This document shows, in pieces, positions 48,497-57,493 of a stretch of 64,000 nt of DNA (positions are counted from its first letter, which is position 1; every line of letters starts with the position of its first letter). The translations under genes and the position numbers were made by a program. The notes under the pieces were generated by a model, which saw nothing but the letters and a program-made list of their open reading frames with translations, was not told where the DNA came from and did not search any database. The stretch lies in NCBI GenBank assembly GCA_963666975.2, contig CAXVYR010000003.1, positions 512,001 through 576,000 on the forward strand, given 5' to 3'. The DNA comes from Terriglobia bacterium. Its GTDB lineage: Bacteria > Acidobacteriota > Terriglobia > 2-12-FULL-54-10.

Positions 48497-49180
48497 TCAG
48501 ATCCTTAACAAGGAGTTGAAAAATCTCAAAAACGGCGAAAGCACGGTCGATACACCGCCGGACCAGAGGAGAAAAAATAGCAGGAAAAACCCGTATTCCT
48601 TCACCGGCGCGAAACCTGCACGGGCCTTTGCCGGCAGCAACCCTTCCAAAATATGGCCGCCGTCTAGCGGCGGGATGGGAATGAGGTTGAACACTCCCAA
48701 AATTACATTCACCATCATCAAGGAATGGAGCAGCAAAACTATCGGCATCAGCACGGAGCCGCCCGCTTCCATGGCTTCCGGGCCACCGTAGCCGGTCAAT
48801 ATCTGGTTCGCCGCCGGGGAGACAATGCGGAGTGCCAGCAACAGAACAAGAGCAGCCGTCGCTGCCAGGAAATTGCTCGCCGGGCCTGCGGCGGCGATAT
48901 AAACATTGTCGCGCACGGGATTCCGCAAGCGGGATGTATCCACCGGCGTCGGCTTGGCCCAGCCGAAGATGGGCGCATGTGAAATGGCGCCGAGCAGTGG
49001 AAACAAAACTGTTCCTACCGGGTCGATATGCCGGATTGGATTCATCGAGATGCGGCCCAGGAACTTTGCCGTGGGATCTCCAAAACGGTTTGCCGACCAG
49101 GCGTGGGCGGACTCATGAAAGCTGATGGCAAAAAGGAATGCGATGATCTGAAAGAGAATCTCAACGGATGAAAAAGCCAA
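48497..49180 (-). CDS. Site-2 protease (M50) family protein
   Basis: HESAH, AAAGP.SN, FNLIPIPPLDG; TTG start inferred. Confidence 0.92.
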   Translation of the reverse strand: MAFSSVEILFQIIAFLFAISFHESAHAWSANRFGDPTAKFLGRISMNPIRHIDPVGTVLFPLLGAISHAPIFGWAKPTPVDTSRLRNPVRDNVYIAAAGPASNFLAATAALVLLLALRIVSPAANQILTGYGGPEAMEAGGSVLMPIVLLLHSLMMVNVILGVFNLIPIPPLDGGHILEGLLPAKARAGFAPVKEYGFFLLFFLLWSGGVSTVLSPFLRFFNSLLRI

Positions 49181-49300
49181 ATTGACCCCGGTACAACGGC
49201 CATCGTCCAGCGTGCAAAACTGCCGGCGGCGGCCTTCACCTTGCTTGAAAAGAAATGTTAGCACAGCCCGCCGTGGCGAAGTATAGTGGAATTTCCGCCT

Positions 49301-50047
49301 ATGATCGTCCTCGCAGTCGATACCAGTTCCGAACAAGGCAGCCTGGCGCTGGCGCAGGAAAACGAGTTGCTTGAACTGATCCCCCTTCCGCCCAAGCGTC
49401 ACAGCGTCACCCTTCACGGAGAGATTGCTCACCTGCTGGAGCGGCACGGCTTAGCGACCCGCGATATCCAGGGATTCGGAGTTGTGGCGGGCCCCGGTTC
49501 CTTTACAGGAGTTCGGGTGGGCCTGGCGGCAGTGAAGGGGCTGGCTGAGGTGAACGAGAAGCCGGTCGTTGCCGTCTCCAGTCTGGAAACGCTGGCGGTT
49601 GCAGCTTGCGCGCAGTTTTCGGAGCACTCTCCTGCTATTAGCAACGGCAGGATTTTGGCGCCTCTCCTCGACGCCCGCAGGGGACAAGTCTTTGGGACTG
49701 CTTATCGGAGCGCTGCTTTTAGGGAGGCGGCTCATCCTCAAGAAGGAGAGTGCCTCCAGTCTCTCGTCAAGGAAATGGTATGTTCTCTAAAGTCTTTCCT
49801 GGAGCGCATGCATGAGGCCGGGATTGAGGAGCCGGTGTTTTGCGGAACGGAGTTGGATCACTATGGTCCAGAGATCGATGAGGCGGGATGGAAGCTATCG
49901 CCACGATTAGTGGTTTCGCCCTTCCTGGCGGCCTCGCTGGCCCAAATTGCCGCCGAGAGATTACGGAAAAGGTTAGGAGCAGCGGCATGGGATGTCGACG
50001 CGAACTACGTGCGCTCCTCTGACGCTGAGCTATTCTTCAAAGGATGA
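49301..50047 (+). CDS. tsaB: t6A biosynthesis protein TsaB
   Basis: LAVDTS, GPGSFTGVRVG, DARRGQV, NYVR. Confidence 0.94.
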   Translation: MIVLAVDTSSEQGSLALAQENELLELIPLPPKRHSVTLHGEIAHLLERHGLATRDIQGFGVVAGPGSFTGVRVGLAAVKGLAEVNEKPVVAVSSLETLAVAACAQFSEHSPAISNGRILAPLLDARRGQVFGTAYRSAAFREAAHPQEGECLQSLVKEMVCSLKSFLERMHEAGIEEPVFCGTELDHYGPEIDEAGWKLSPRLVVSPFLAASLAQIAAERLRKRLGAAAWDVDANYVRSSDAELFFKG

Positions 50048-50601
50048 TTCCTGTTCGCCCATTGCGCCCCGAAGATGTGGAGCATCTGCTGGCCCTTCTT
50101 GCCGCGTCAGCAGACCGTGCTACTGCTGGTGGCAATACTGCGGGTCAAGCCGCTGGCTGGAATCGCCGTGCTTTCGAGGACATTTTGGCAAATCCAGAGC
50201 AGGGTTCCTGCCTGCTAACGGAACAAGATGACGCAGAGCACGATGGCATTGTGACGGGCTTCGCATGCTTCCGGGTGACGGCGACGGAAGCGGAGTTGCT
50301 CAATTTAGCCGTGCTGCCTCTGGCTCGCCGGCAGGGCACTGGCTCTCGGTTGTTGGAACATATTCTCCAGGAGGCTGCCTGCAGGGGAGCGGAGCGCATC
50401 TTTTTGGAGGTGAGGGAATCAAATGTCGCGGCCTGGCGTCTATATGAGCGCTTCGGTTTCCAGCCCGTCGGGCGACGTCGAGGATATTATACCCAGCCCG
50501 CAGCGGACGCCGTCATACTCCGTCGCTGCCTTTCGCCCCCTACGCACGCCGCCAGCCACCGTTTAGCTGGCTGCGACAGACAGCCAGACCATTGGACTTG
50601 A
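50044..50601 (+). CDS. rimI: Ribosomal protein S18 alanine N-acetyltransferase
   Basis: ELLNLAV...RRQG.G, FLEVRESN, RRGYY; follows tsaB. Confidence 0.9.
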   Translation: MIPVRPLRPEDVEHLLALLAASADRATAGGNTAGQAAGWNRRAFEDILANPEQGSCLLTEQDDAEHDGIVTGFACFRVTATEAELLNLAVLPLARRQGTGSRLLEHILQEAACRGAERIFLEVRESNVAAWRLYERFGFQPVGRRRGYYTQPAADAVILRRCLSPPTHAASHRLAGCDRQPDHWT

Positions 50602-50662
50602 AATTATGTCTTTCCGGTGCTAGCGTAGGCCCATTCCATCACACAAGGAGGTGTTCTGCTTC

Positions 50663-50893
50663 ATGGAGACAGACCATCAAGAAGTGAAGAATCGTTTGAT
50701 GGCTACCAACGAAGAGTTTTCCCGCTTGGCAAAGGAACACTCGCAATATAAACAACAACTGGAGGAGCTTTCCAGTCGACCCCACCTTACAGAATCCGAG
50801 CGGCTGGAAGAAGTCAATCTGAAAAAGCGGAAACTGGTCTTAAAGGATCAGATGGAGAAGATTCTTCAGCAGCACATCAATACGGCTGTTTGA
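50663..50893 (+). CDS. DUF465/YdcH family protein
   Basis: AAGGAGG RBS; EH..Y...L, LKKRKLVLKDQM. Confidence 0.85.
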   Translation: METDHQEVKNRLMATNEEFSRLAKEHSQYKQQLEELSSRPHLTESERLEEVNLKKRKLVLKDQMEKILQQHINTAV

Positions 50894-50954
50894 CCTTGCC
50901 CCAGACCGGCGCGAGACCCGGCGCGAGACCCTGTGCGAGACAATGATCCCCGGA

Positions 50955-50984
50955 TTGACAGGTGCCGTTCCCCTTTGACATGAT
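50955..50984 (+). promoter_or_regulatory. Putative promoter of psd, possibly leaderless
   Basis: TTGACA-18 nt-CATGAT with TGn extension, 6 nt before the ATG; no SD. Confidence 0.45.
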
Positions 50985-50990
50985 AACGTC

Positions 50991-51656
50991 ATGATCCGGG
51001 ATGGATTCCTATACGCAATTGCCCTTGGTTTCTTAGGCGCTTTTGCCGCTGCTGTGGCGGGGCCCGCCTGGGCGATTCCCGAGTTGCTTCTGGCCGCATT
51101 TGTCCTTTACTTTTTCCGGGATCCGGAGCGGACAGTTCCGGACGGGGAAGTTGTAGTATCTCCGGCCGACGGCCGCGTGGTCGATTTGCGCCAGATGGAG
51201 TTGGACGGCAGGCAGGTGTGGCGAATCAGCATCTTTCTCTCCCTCTTTAACGTTCACGTGAACCGTTCTCCCATCGCGGGATTGATTCGCAATGTTTGCT
51301 ACACGCCCGGCAGATTTTTCATTGCCAGCCGGCCGGAGGCCTCCGCGGAGAATGAGCAAAACACGGTGACGGTCGAGGGAAAACACTTCACCGTCACTTT
51401 CAAACAGATTGCAGGCATCCTGGCGCGGCGCATCGTGTTCTGGAAGAAGCCGGGAGAGCAGGTGGCATGCGGTGAGCGAGTGGGCCTTATCAAATTTGGT
51501 TCCCGAGTGGATTTGTTTCTTCCGATAGAAATTCCCCCGGCTGTCGCCGTCGGAGACCGCGTCAAAGGCGGTGTCAGTATCCTGGCGCGGCCCGGGAGCC
51601 GGTTGAAGAACGACGCCGAGCCAGCGCCGGCAACCAAGAGTGTGGCGGGAGGCTAA
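50991..51656 (+). CDS. psd: Phosphatidylserine decarboxylase proenzyme
   Basis: FFRDPER, SPADG, HVNRSP, IKFGSRVD. Confidence 0.95.
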   Translation: MIRDGFLYAIALGFLGAFAAAVAGPAWAIPELLLAAFVLYFFRDPERTVPDGEVVVSPADGRVVDLRQMELDGRQVWRISIFLSLFNVHVNRSPIAGLIRNVCYTPGRFFIASRPEASAENEQNTVTVEGKHFTVTFKQIAGILARRIVFWKKPGEQVACGERVGLIKFGSRVDLFLPIEIPPAVAVGDRVKGGVSILARPGSRLKNDAEPAPATKSVAGG

Positions 51657-51683
51657 TCCCGGTATAATTGCTGCGAGATCACT

Positions 51684-52544
51684 ATGCGCGCGAACCGATC
51701 CCATGCCGGAGCCCCTCGCCGGGGAGCTTACTTGCTGCCCAGCCTGTTTACGGTGGCCAATATCTTTTGCGGCTACTTTGCGCTGACGGAGTCGTTCAAG
51801 GCCGGCCTTTTGGTTGCTCAGGATGTTACCGCTGCGGGAATGCACTTCGATATTGCGGCAAAAGCCATCGGGGTGGCTGTTCTATTTGACGGAATGGACG
51901 GTTGGATCGCGCGCCAGATGGGCACCAGCAGCGCTTTTGGAAAAGAACTGGACTCGATGGCAGATACGATTACCTTTGGCATTGCACCCGCCTTTTTGGC
52001 TTTTTCCTGGGGAGTGCAAGCTGTCCTGCCTGTTCCGGCGACTCCGTTGATTGAGCACCTGACGACGGTGGGGTGGTTGATAAGCTTTCTGTTTGTCATT
52101 TGCAGCGCCTCGCGGCTGGCGCGCTTCAACATTCAAGGCACTCCGTCGGCCTCCTCGCCGAATCGTCCCAGCCACAAACACTTTGTGGGCCTTCCGACGC
52201 CTGCTTCGGCCGGGCTGGTGGCGGCGATTGTCCACGTCAATTCCGGGAATCCGGTGAGCGGCTGGCTGTGGGTTCCGTTCTGGCTTTTGGTGCTGCTGGC
52301 CACTTCCCTGCTGATGGTCAGCCGGTGGCGTTATTACAGCTTTAAGAATGTCGATCTGCGGAAGAAGCGGAAGTTCGTAGTTGTTATTGGAGCGGGGGGG
52401 CTGCTGGCCCTGATCTGGTTTTATTCCCATGTTGTTCTGCTGCTAATCGCGGTGAGTTACTTGCTCTCCGGGGCGCTGGCGAAAGTGACGCACCTATTAC
52501 GCCGGGACCCGGCCAAAGCCCTCGCACAGGAACGTGAGGTTTGA
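51684..52544 (+). CDS. pssA: CDP-diacylglycerol--serine O-phosphatidyltransferase
   Basis: DGMDGWIAR...SAFGKELDSMAD..TFG, RLARFN, FVGLPTP. Confidence 0.94.
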   Translation: MRANRSHAGAPRRGAYLLPSLFTVANIFCGYFALTESFKAGLLVAQDVTAAGMHFDIAAKAIGVAVLFDGMDGWIARQMGTSSAFGKELDSMADTITFGIAPAFLAFSWGVQAVLPVPATPLIEHLTTVGWLISFLFVICSASRLARFNIQGTPSASSPNRPSHKHFVGLPTPASAGLVAAIVHVNSGNPVSGWLWVPFWLLVLLATSLLMVSRWRYYSFKNVDLRKKRKFVVVIGAGGLLALIWFYSHVVLLLIAVSYLLSGALAKVTHLLRRDPAKALAQEREV

Positions 52545-52584
52545 ATTGCGGGCAGGCAACCACAAGGCAGCCCAGTAAAGACCG

Positions 52585-53655
52585 ATGGAACAAGCACAGG
52601 CCTCCGGATACAACATCGCGCTGGTGGGCGCCTCCTCTCTCAAAGGAAAAGAGATCAAAGAGGTTCTGCAGGAACGCAACTTTCCCTTGAAGCGCCTGAC
52701 ATTGCTCGATGAGGAAGATCGCGGCGGCCAGTTAGCCGAGTTTGGCGACGAGCCGCTGGTCATTCAACCGGTGAGCCGGGAAAACTTCGAGGATGTCGCT
52801 CTCGCTGTTTTTGCCTCCTCCCCCGCTTTTACGCAACAATATTGGCGGATGGCTGAAACCAGCGGGTGCCAGGTGATCGATCTGGGCCATTGTTTGGAAG
52901 CAGAAACGCAGGCCAGACTCCGGGCGCCGTCCGTGGAAAGTATTTGGGAGAACCAGGACAAAAAGATCTCTTGCGGCGACCGGTCCAGCGAATGCCATCT
53001 TTTTATTTCTGCCCACCCGGCTGCCATCGCTATTGCCGGTGTTCTCGGGCGGCTCTCGCGAAGCTACTCGGTCGTGCGCTCCGCCGTTACAATCTATGAA
53101 CCCGTAAGCGAGCGAGACAAAGCAGGAATCGACGAGTTGCATCAGCAGACTCGCAACCTCCTCGCCTTCCAGCAGATTCCTCGGCAAGTTTATGACTCGC
53201 AGGTAGCCTTCAATCTGCTGCCGAGCTATGGAGAGCTTTGCCGGCCGACACTGCGGGAGGTGCAGGACCGCATACAAAACCATCTGCGGCGATTGCTTGC
53301 AGGCCGCGTGGTCCAGCCGGCTTTGCGCCTGTTGCAGGCCCCCATCTTTCATGGGTATACGTTTTCTTGTTTTGTGGAACTGAAAGAGCGGACGACGCCG
53401 GAAGAAGTGGAAGCCGTCTTGGACCAGAAGCCTTTGACCCTGTGGAAGAGCGCGGAGGTGGAACCTTCTGCGGTGGGTGTGGCCGGTTTGGGAGAGATTG
53501 TGCTCGGCCCGGTCGAAAGCGACGCGGCATGGGAATCAGGTTTCTGGCTCTGGGGGGCTGCGGATAACCTGCGGCTGACCGCTCAGAATGCGATTGAAAT
53601 TGCTGAAGGATTGATTGCGTCCGGCAATGGCTCCCAGGTCAGCAGTTCCAGCTAA
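52585..53655 (+). CDS. Aspartate-semialdehyde dehydrogenase-like (Asd/Usg) protein, catalytic residues apparently absent
   Basis: IALVGAS, ELHQQT, QVAFNL, ADNLR..A.NA; HPAA where NPNC is expected. Confidence 0.8.
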   Translation: MEQAQASGYNIALVGASSLKGKEIKEVLQERNFPLKRLTLLDEEDRGGQLAEFGDEPLVIQPVSRENFEDVALAVFASSPAFTQQYWRMAETSGCQVIDLGHCLEAETQARLRAPSVESIWENQDKKISCGDRSSECHLFISAHPAAIAIAGVLGRLSRSYSVVRSAVTIYEPVSERDKAGIDELHQQTRNLLAFQQIPRQVYDSQVAFNLLPSYGELCRPTLREVQDRIQNHLRRLLAGRVVQPALRLLQAPIFHGYTFSCFVELKERTTPEEVEAVLDQKPLTLWKSAEVEPSAVGVAGLGEIVLGPVESDAAWESGFWLWGAADNLRLTAQNAIEIAEGLIASGNGSQVSSSS

Positions 53656-54208
53656 GAATAAAGGGAGGTATCTCATCGGAGCCTTTTCACGACCCCTGCT
53701 GAGCGCTGCGCTTCTTAGCCTGCTGTTGACTTGCGCTTGCGGCTACCGTGTGGCGAACAGTAGCACTCCGGGGCTGCCTGCCGCCATCCAAACTATTGCA
53801 ATTCCTTCTTTCCAAAATGAAACCTCCCGCTTCAAGATTGAGCAAACTTTGACGCAAGCAGTCTTTCGTGAGTTCTTGACACGAACTTCCTACCGTCTCC
53901 AATCCCAGGAAACCGGCAGCGACGCAGTCCTGAAAGGAACGATCACCGCGATCTATTCCAGTCCGATTGTTTTCGACCCCGGCAGTGGACGAACCACGGA
54001 GGTTCTTTTGACCGTCAGTCTGCGGGTGGTCCTGTCGGATACCAGAACGCAGGAAATCCTCTATGACGCCAGCAATTTCGTCTTCCGCGAGCCTTTTGAG
54101 GTGAGCACGGACGCTGCCAGCTACATCGAGGAAAGCCAGCCGGCCTTGGAGCGGCTCTCCCGGGAGGTTGCTGCCAGCCTGGTTTCAACCATCATTGAGA
54201 ACTTCTGA
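53615..54208 (+). CDS. lptE: LPS-assembly lipoprotein LptE family
   Basis: Lipobox-like CACGY, TIAIPSFQNET, DAVLKGTI; upstream of holA; start uncertain. Confidence 0.82.
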   Translation: MRPAMAPRSAVPAKNKGRYLIGAFSRPLLSAALLSLLLTCACGYRVANSSTPGLPAAIQTIAIPSFQNETSRFKIEQTLTQAVFREFLTRTSYRLQSQETGSDAVLKGTITAIYSSPIVFDPGSGRTTEVLLTVSLRVVLSDTRTQEILYDASNFVFREPFEVSTDAASYIEESQPALERLSREVAASLVSTIIENF

Positions 54209-55314
54209 TGCAAATTTCCGCTGCGAGCGCGCTGGAAAACATTCAAAAAGGAATCGTCTCGACCGGTTATTTGCTGTTCGGAAAACAACTCTATTGGAGA
54301 GACCGAATCCATGAGGCCCTGCGGAAATCTTTCGGAGATGGCGCAGCCGGCATGGGCATCGCTGAATTTGATCTTCGCCAGGACCCTCTCGGCAGAGTGC
54401 TGGACGAAGCGCGCTCACTGAATCTGCTGGCTCCACGGCAATTGTTATTTGTCAGGAACGCGCAGGCTCTGGACGCCCGCCGACGCCGGGGAACACAGCG
54501 CGCCGCCACGGGGGATACTCAACTCACGCCATCTGACGATCTTTCCGCTTATTTGCTTCAGCCCAACCCATCCACCACGATTGTTTTTGAGATGATGGAT
54601 GTGAATTTGGAATCAGACGATTGGAGGGAAAGAGAAAAAGCAAAAGCCCGCTTGGCGGCTTTCGAGGACCTGTGTGACGTAATCCTCTTGGTTTCTCCAA
54701 ATTTCCGGGCGGCCATGGAACTGTTGCGGCAGGAGGCGGCGGCACTGGGACGCAAGATTTCTCCGGCAGCGGCTGAACAACTGCTCACAGTCTTTGACAA
54801 AGATATGGGCCGCATTCGGATGGAGCTGGAAAAAATATGTCTCTACAACCCGGAAAAGGAAAGCGTCGATTTGGAGGATTTGGAACCGATGGTGCCCGCT
54901 TTGGCTGGCAAGGCCGGCACGACTTTGGCCGAGGCCATCGGCGCAGGGGACAAGAAGAAGGCGCTCGAAATACTGGAGGAATTGGAGCGCAGCGGGAAAT
55001 ACCTTCCTTTGGTGATCTCCGAGGTGGCCCGTTACTTACGCCAGTTGATTGTGTTAAAGGAGAACCGAGCGCGCGATACCCGGCAGGCAGGAAAGGTTCT
55101 CTGGTCAGCCAAACTTCCCGCCCCCCCTAATGTACTGCCGGCTTTGCTGGGGCAAGGACGCAAGATGAGCGGTGCTCAGTTGCTGCGCGGTCTCCAGCTT
55201 GCTTTTGAAGCGGACTTGGCGCTCCGCTCCAGCCCTCCACGAGCGCGGATTGTTCTGGAACAGTTCATTCTGCAGTTGTTTCGTTCCCGGCCGTCAACTG
55301 CGTCACGGGTGTAA
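54208..55314 (+). CDS. holA: DNA polymerase III subunit delta
   Basis: YLLFG, EARSLNLLAPRQL, ELEKICLY, ADLALRSS; lptE-holA synteny. Confidence 0.88.
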   Translation: MQISAASALENIQKGIVSTGYLLFGKQLYWRDRIHEALRKSFGDGAAGMGIAEFDLRQDPLGRVLDEARSLNLLAPRQLLFVRNAQALDARRRRGTQRAATGDTQLTPSDDLSAYLLQPNPSTTIVFEMMDVNLESDDWREREKAKARLAAFEDLCDVILLVSPNFRAAMELLRQEAAALGRKISPAAAEQLLTVFDKDMGRIRMELEKICLYNPEKESVDLEDLEPMVPALAGKAGTTLAEAIGAGDKKKALEILEELERSGKYLPLVISEVARYLRQLIVLKENRARDTRQAGKVLWSAKLPAPPNVLPALLGQGRKMSGAQLLRGLQLAFEADLALRSSPPRARIVLEQFILQLFRSRPSTASRV

Positions 55315-55319
55315 GGTTG

Positions 55320-55350
55320 GGGGATACCCCGCACCAGTGGGTTATCCCCC
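55320..55350. terminator. Hairpin just after holA
   Basis: GGGGATACCC...GGGTTATCCCC with one bulge; no U-tract. Confidence 0.35.
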
Positions 55351-55435
55351 CCGCCGAACAGAGAGGAACGCTATTTATTTTCATAAGGTTAGCTTGCGAA
55401 ATGAATGGCAGGCCAAATGCACGACAAAGGCCAGA

Positions 55436-55509
55436 CTGTCCGGAGGAAAACTTCCAGACCCGCCACTGGAATCGGTGACCCCGCCAAAAGACACCGTTCC
55501 TCCGGACAG
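55436..55509. other. 74-nt structured element: 13-bp closing stem enclosing two hairpins
   Basis: CTGTCCGGAGGAA/TTCCTCCGGACAG; TTCCAG-ACCCGCCA-CTGGAA; CGGTG-ACCCCGCCAAAAGA-CACCG. Confidence 0.6.
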
Positions 55510-55569
55510 CGACTACACTCCTTACAGATCACAGATTAATGAAGCAGGTTGAGAGTCCCTCGACCAATT

Positions 55570-55768
55570 AGTTTCAGAGTTGCTGTGAAGTGGGTTGTTG
55601 GTGAATCCATCCGAGCCGCGACCGTGAAACACCGCATCGCGCTGAAAGCGGCGCGTTGGGAACCCCGCGAGGGAGCGGTCAACCCAGCCTTGGTTACCCA
55701 CTTGCCGTTTGGGGTCCGCTTGCTTACGCGCGCGGCTCTGACGATACACTGACGTGAAAGCGCTCTAG
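55570..55768. mobile_element. Second copy of the wrapper plus REP-doublet element, with a 43-nt insertion in one REP
   Basis: AGTTTCAGAGTTG left end; REP 55611-55678 (interrupted); inverted REP 55716-55740; TACACTGACGTGAAAGCGCTCTAG right end. Confidence 0.72.
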
Positions 55769-56650
55769 TTACCGCTCTCCCCACTTTAATTTGCTGCGGA
55801 GCACTTCAAAGAATTCTTTGTGGGGAGGGCGCACCAAGCTAATCCAGCTTTTGGAGAGGTCGCAGACAATCCGGTCGTTGTTGTGCAGGGACAGTCCGAC
55901 TTGGCCGTCCACGGTTAAGAAAACGGATTCCGTCTCCGTTTTTACGGCGACCTCGATCCGGGCGCGGTCCGGCACAACCAGCGGACGGTTGGTCAGGGTG
56001 TGGGGACAGATGGGAGTCACAATAAAGGCTTCCACCGTGGGATAGACGATGGCCCCCCCGGCCGCCATGGAGTAGGCAGTAGAACCGGTCGGGGTTGAGA
56101 TGATGAGCCCGTCGGCTTTGAATACACTTACCAGCACTCCATCCACATATGTTTCAAAGTCTGATATCCGCGAGATAGCCGCCCTGTTGAGGACAACGTC
56201 GTTCAAGGCGTGGTAAGTTGGGCCAGGCAAGCCGGAGTGAATCACCTGCACTTGCAATAGTTTACGGCTGTCAATTTGATGCTTTCCATTAAGAATTAAT
56301 TCGAGGCTGGAGTACAATTCCTGAGTAGTCACGGCGGTGAGGAATCCCAGAGCGCCCAGGTTTACGGCCAGGATCGGGATGTTGCCGGAGTGGACGTTGC
56401 GTGCGGCAGCCAGCAGTGTGCCGTCCCCCCCCAGCACGATAACCAAATCGCACTTGCCGGAGAGTTCGCTCCGGGCGATTACCTGAGCGGGCAGGGAAGC
56501 TTTGCTGGAAGAATCAAGGCTGTCGGCTGTCTCCCGGTCGAGATAAGCCTGGATGCCTCTTTCGGCCAGCCAGCCCAGCAAGCTCGGCACAATCTGCTGC
56601 AGCTCGGCTTTTCGCGGTTTGGAGATGATGCCTGCGGTACGGATTGCCAT
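55769..56650 (-). CDS. nadK: NAD+ kinase
   Basis: LGGDGTLL, NLGALGFL, ALND, DGLIISTPTGSTAYSMAAGG. Confidence 0.97.
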   Translation of the reverse strand: MAIRTAGIISKPRKAELQQIVPSLLGWLAERGIQAYLDRETADSLDSSSKASLPAQVIARSELSGKCDLVIVLGGDGTLLAAARNVHSGNIPILAVNLGALGFLTAVTTQELYSSLELILNGKHQIDSRKLLQVQVIHSGLPGPTYHALNDVVLNRAAISRISDFETYVDGVLVSVFKADGLIISTPTGSTAYSMAAGGAIVYPTVEAFIVTPICPHTLTNRPLVVPDRARIEVAVKTETESVFLTVDGQVGLSLHNNDRIVCDLSKSWISLVRPPHKEFFEVLRSKLKWGER

Positions 56651-56681
56651 GAGCGAAGCTACTCTCTTGCCGTGCTCGCCG

Positions 56682-57446
56682 TTATATCGGCTCCCCCAGC
56701 GATTCGAGCGGGCCCCGAAAAACGGAGGCTAAAAAAAATTCTTGATTGCCGGTGGCGCCCCGGATCGGACACAGCATCCTTTGGAAATCTGTGAAACCGA
56801 GTTGGGCGGCGGCTGTTTGAACATGGTTGACTGATTCCAGTTGCAGCGTTTCATCCCGGACAATGCCTCCTTTGCCAACCCGGCCCTTTCCGACTTCAAA
56901 CTGCGGTTTCACTAAGATCAGCAAGCGCGTTCCCGGCTCCGAAAACTGTACCAGAGAAGGGAGGATTCGGGCGGCGGAAATGAAGGAAACATCCATTGTG
57001 ATGAAGTCCGTCTTCCGCCCGATTTGTTCCATCTGAAGATAACGGGCATTGGTGCGCTCCAACAGGGTTACCCGTGGGTCCTGCCTTAAGCGCCAGTCCA
57101 GTTGATTGGTCCCGACATCCACGGCGAATACCTGAGCGGCTCCGAATTGCAAAAGGCAATCCACAAACCCTCCCGTGGAGGAGCCGATGTCAAGCGCTAC
57201 CTTGCCCCGCAGATCCCAGTGAAACTGCTGGAGGGCGGCTTCCAGTTTCAAGCCGCCCCGGCCTGCATACGGCCGGGCTTTGCCCAGAATCTCCACGTTT
57301 GATTCCGGCTCCACCCGCGTGCCTGCCTTTTCGATCTTTTTCCCTCCAACCAGCACGCGGCCCGCCATGATGACGGCCTGAGCTTTCGCGCGAGTTTCGA
57401 TCATCCCCCGTTCCACCATCAAGCAGTCCAGACGTTTCTTGTTCAT
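56682..57446 (-). CDS. tlyA: TlyA family rRNA 2'-O-methyltransferase
   Basis: KKRLD S4 domain, RGGLKL, DIGSSTGGF, DVSFIS, KPQFE, GNQEF. Confidence 0.96.
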   Translation of the reverse strand: MNKKRLDCLMVERGMIETRAKAQAVIMAGRVLVGGKKIEKAGTRVEPESNVEILGKARPYAGRGGLKLEAALQQFHWDLRGKVALDIGSSTGGFVDCLLQFGAAQVFAVDVGTNQLDWRLRQDPRVTLLERTNARYLQMEQIGRKTDFITMDVSFISAARILPSLVQFSEPGTRLLILVKPQFEVGKGRVGKGGIVRDETLQLESVNHVQTAAAQLGFTDFQRMLCPIRGATGNQEFFLASVFRGPLESLGEPI

Positions 57447-57493
57447 GGCTGGCACAGTAAACAACCTGATCGGCGCTCCCATTGCTTTGCTCT

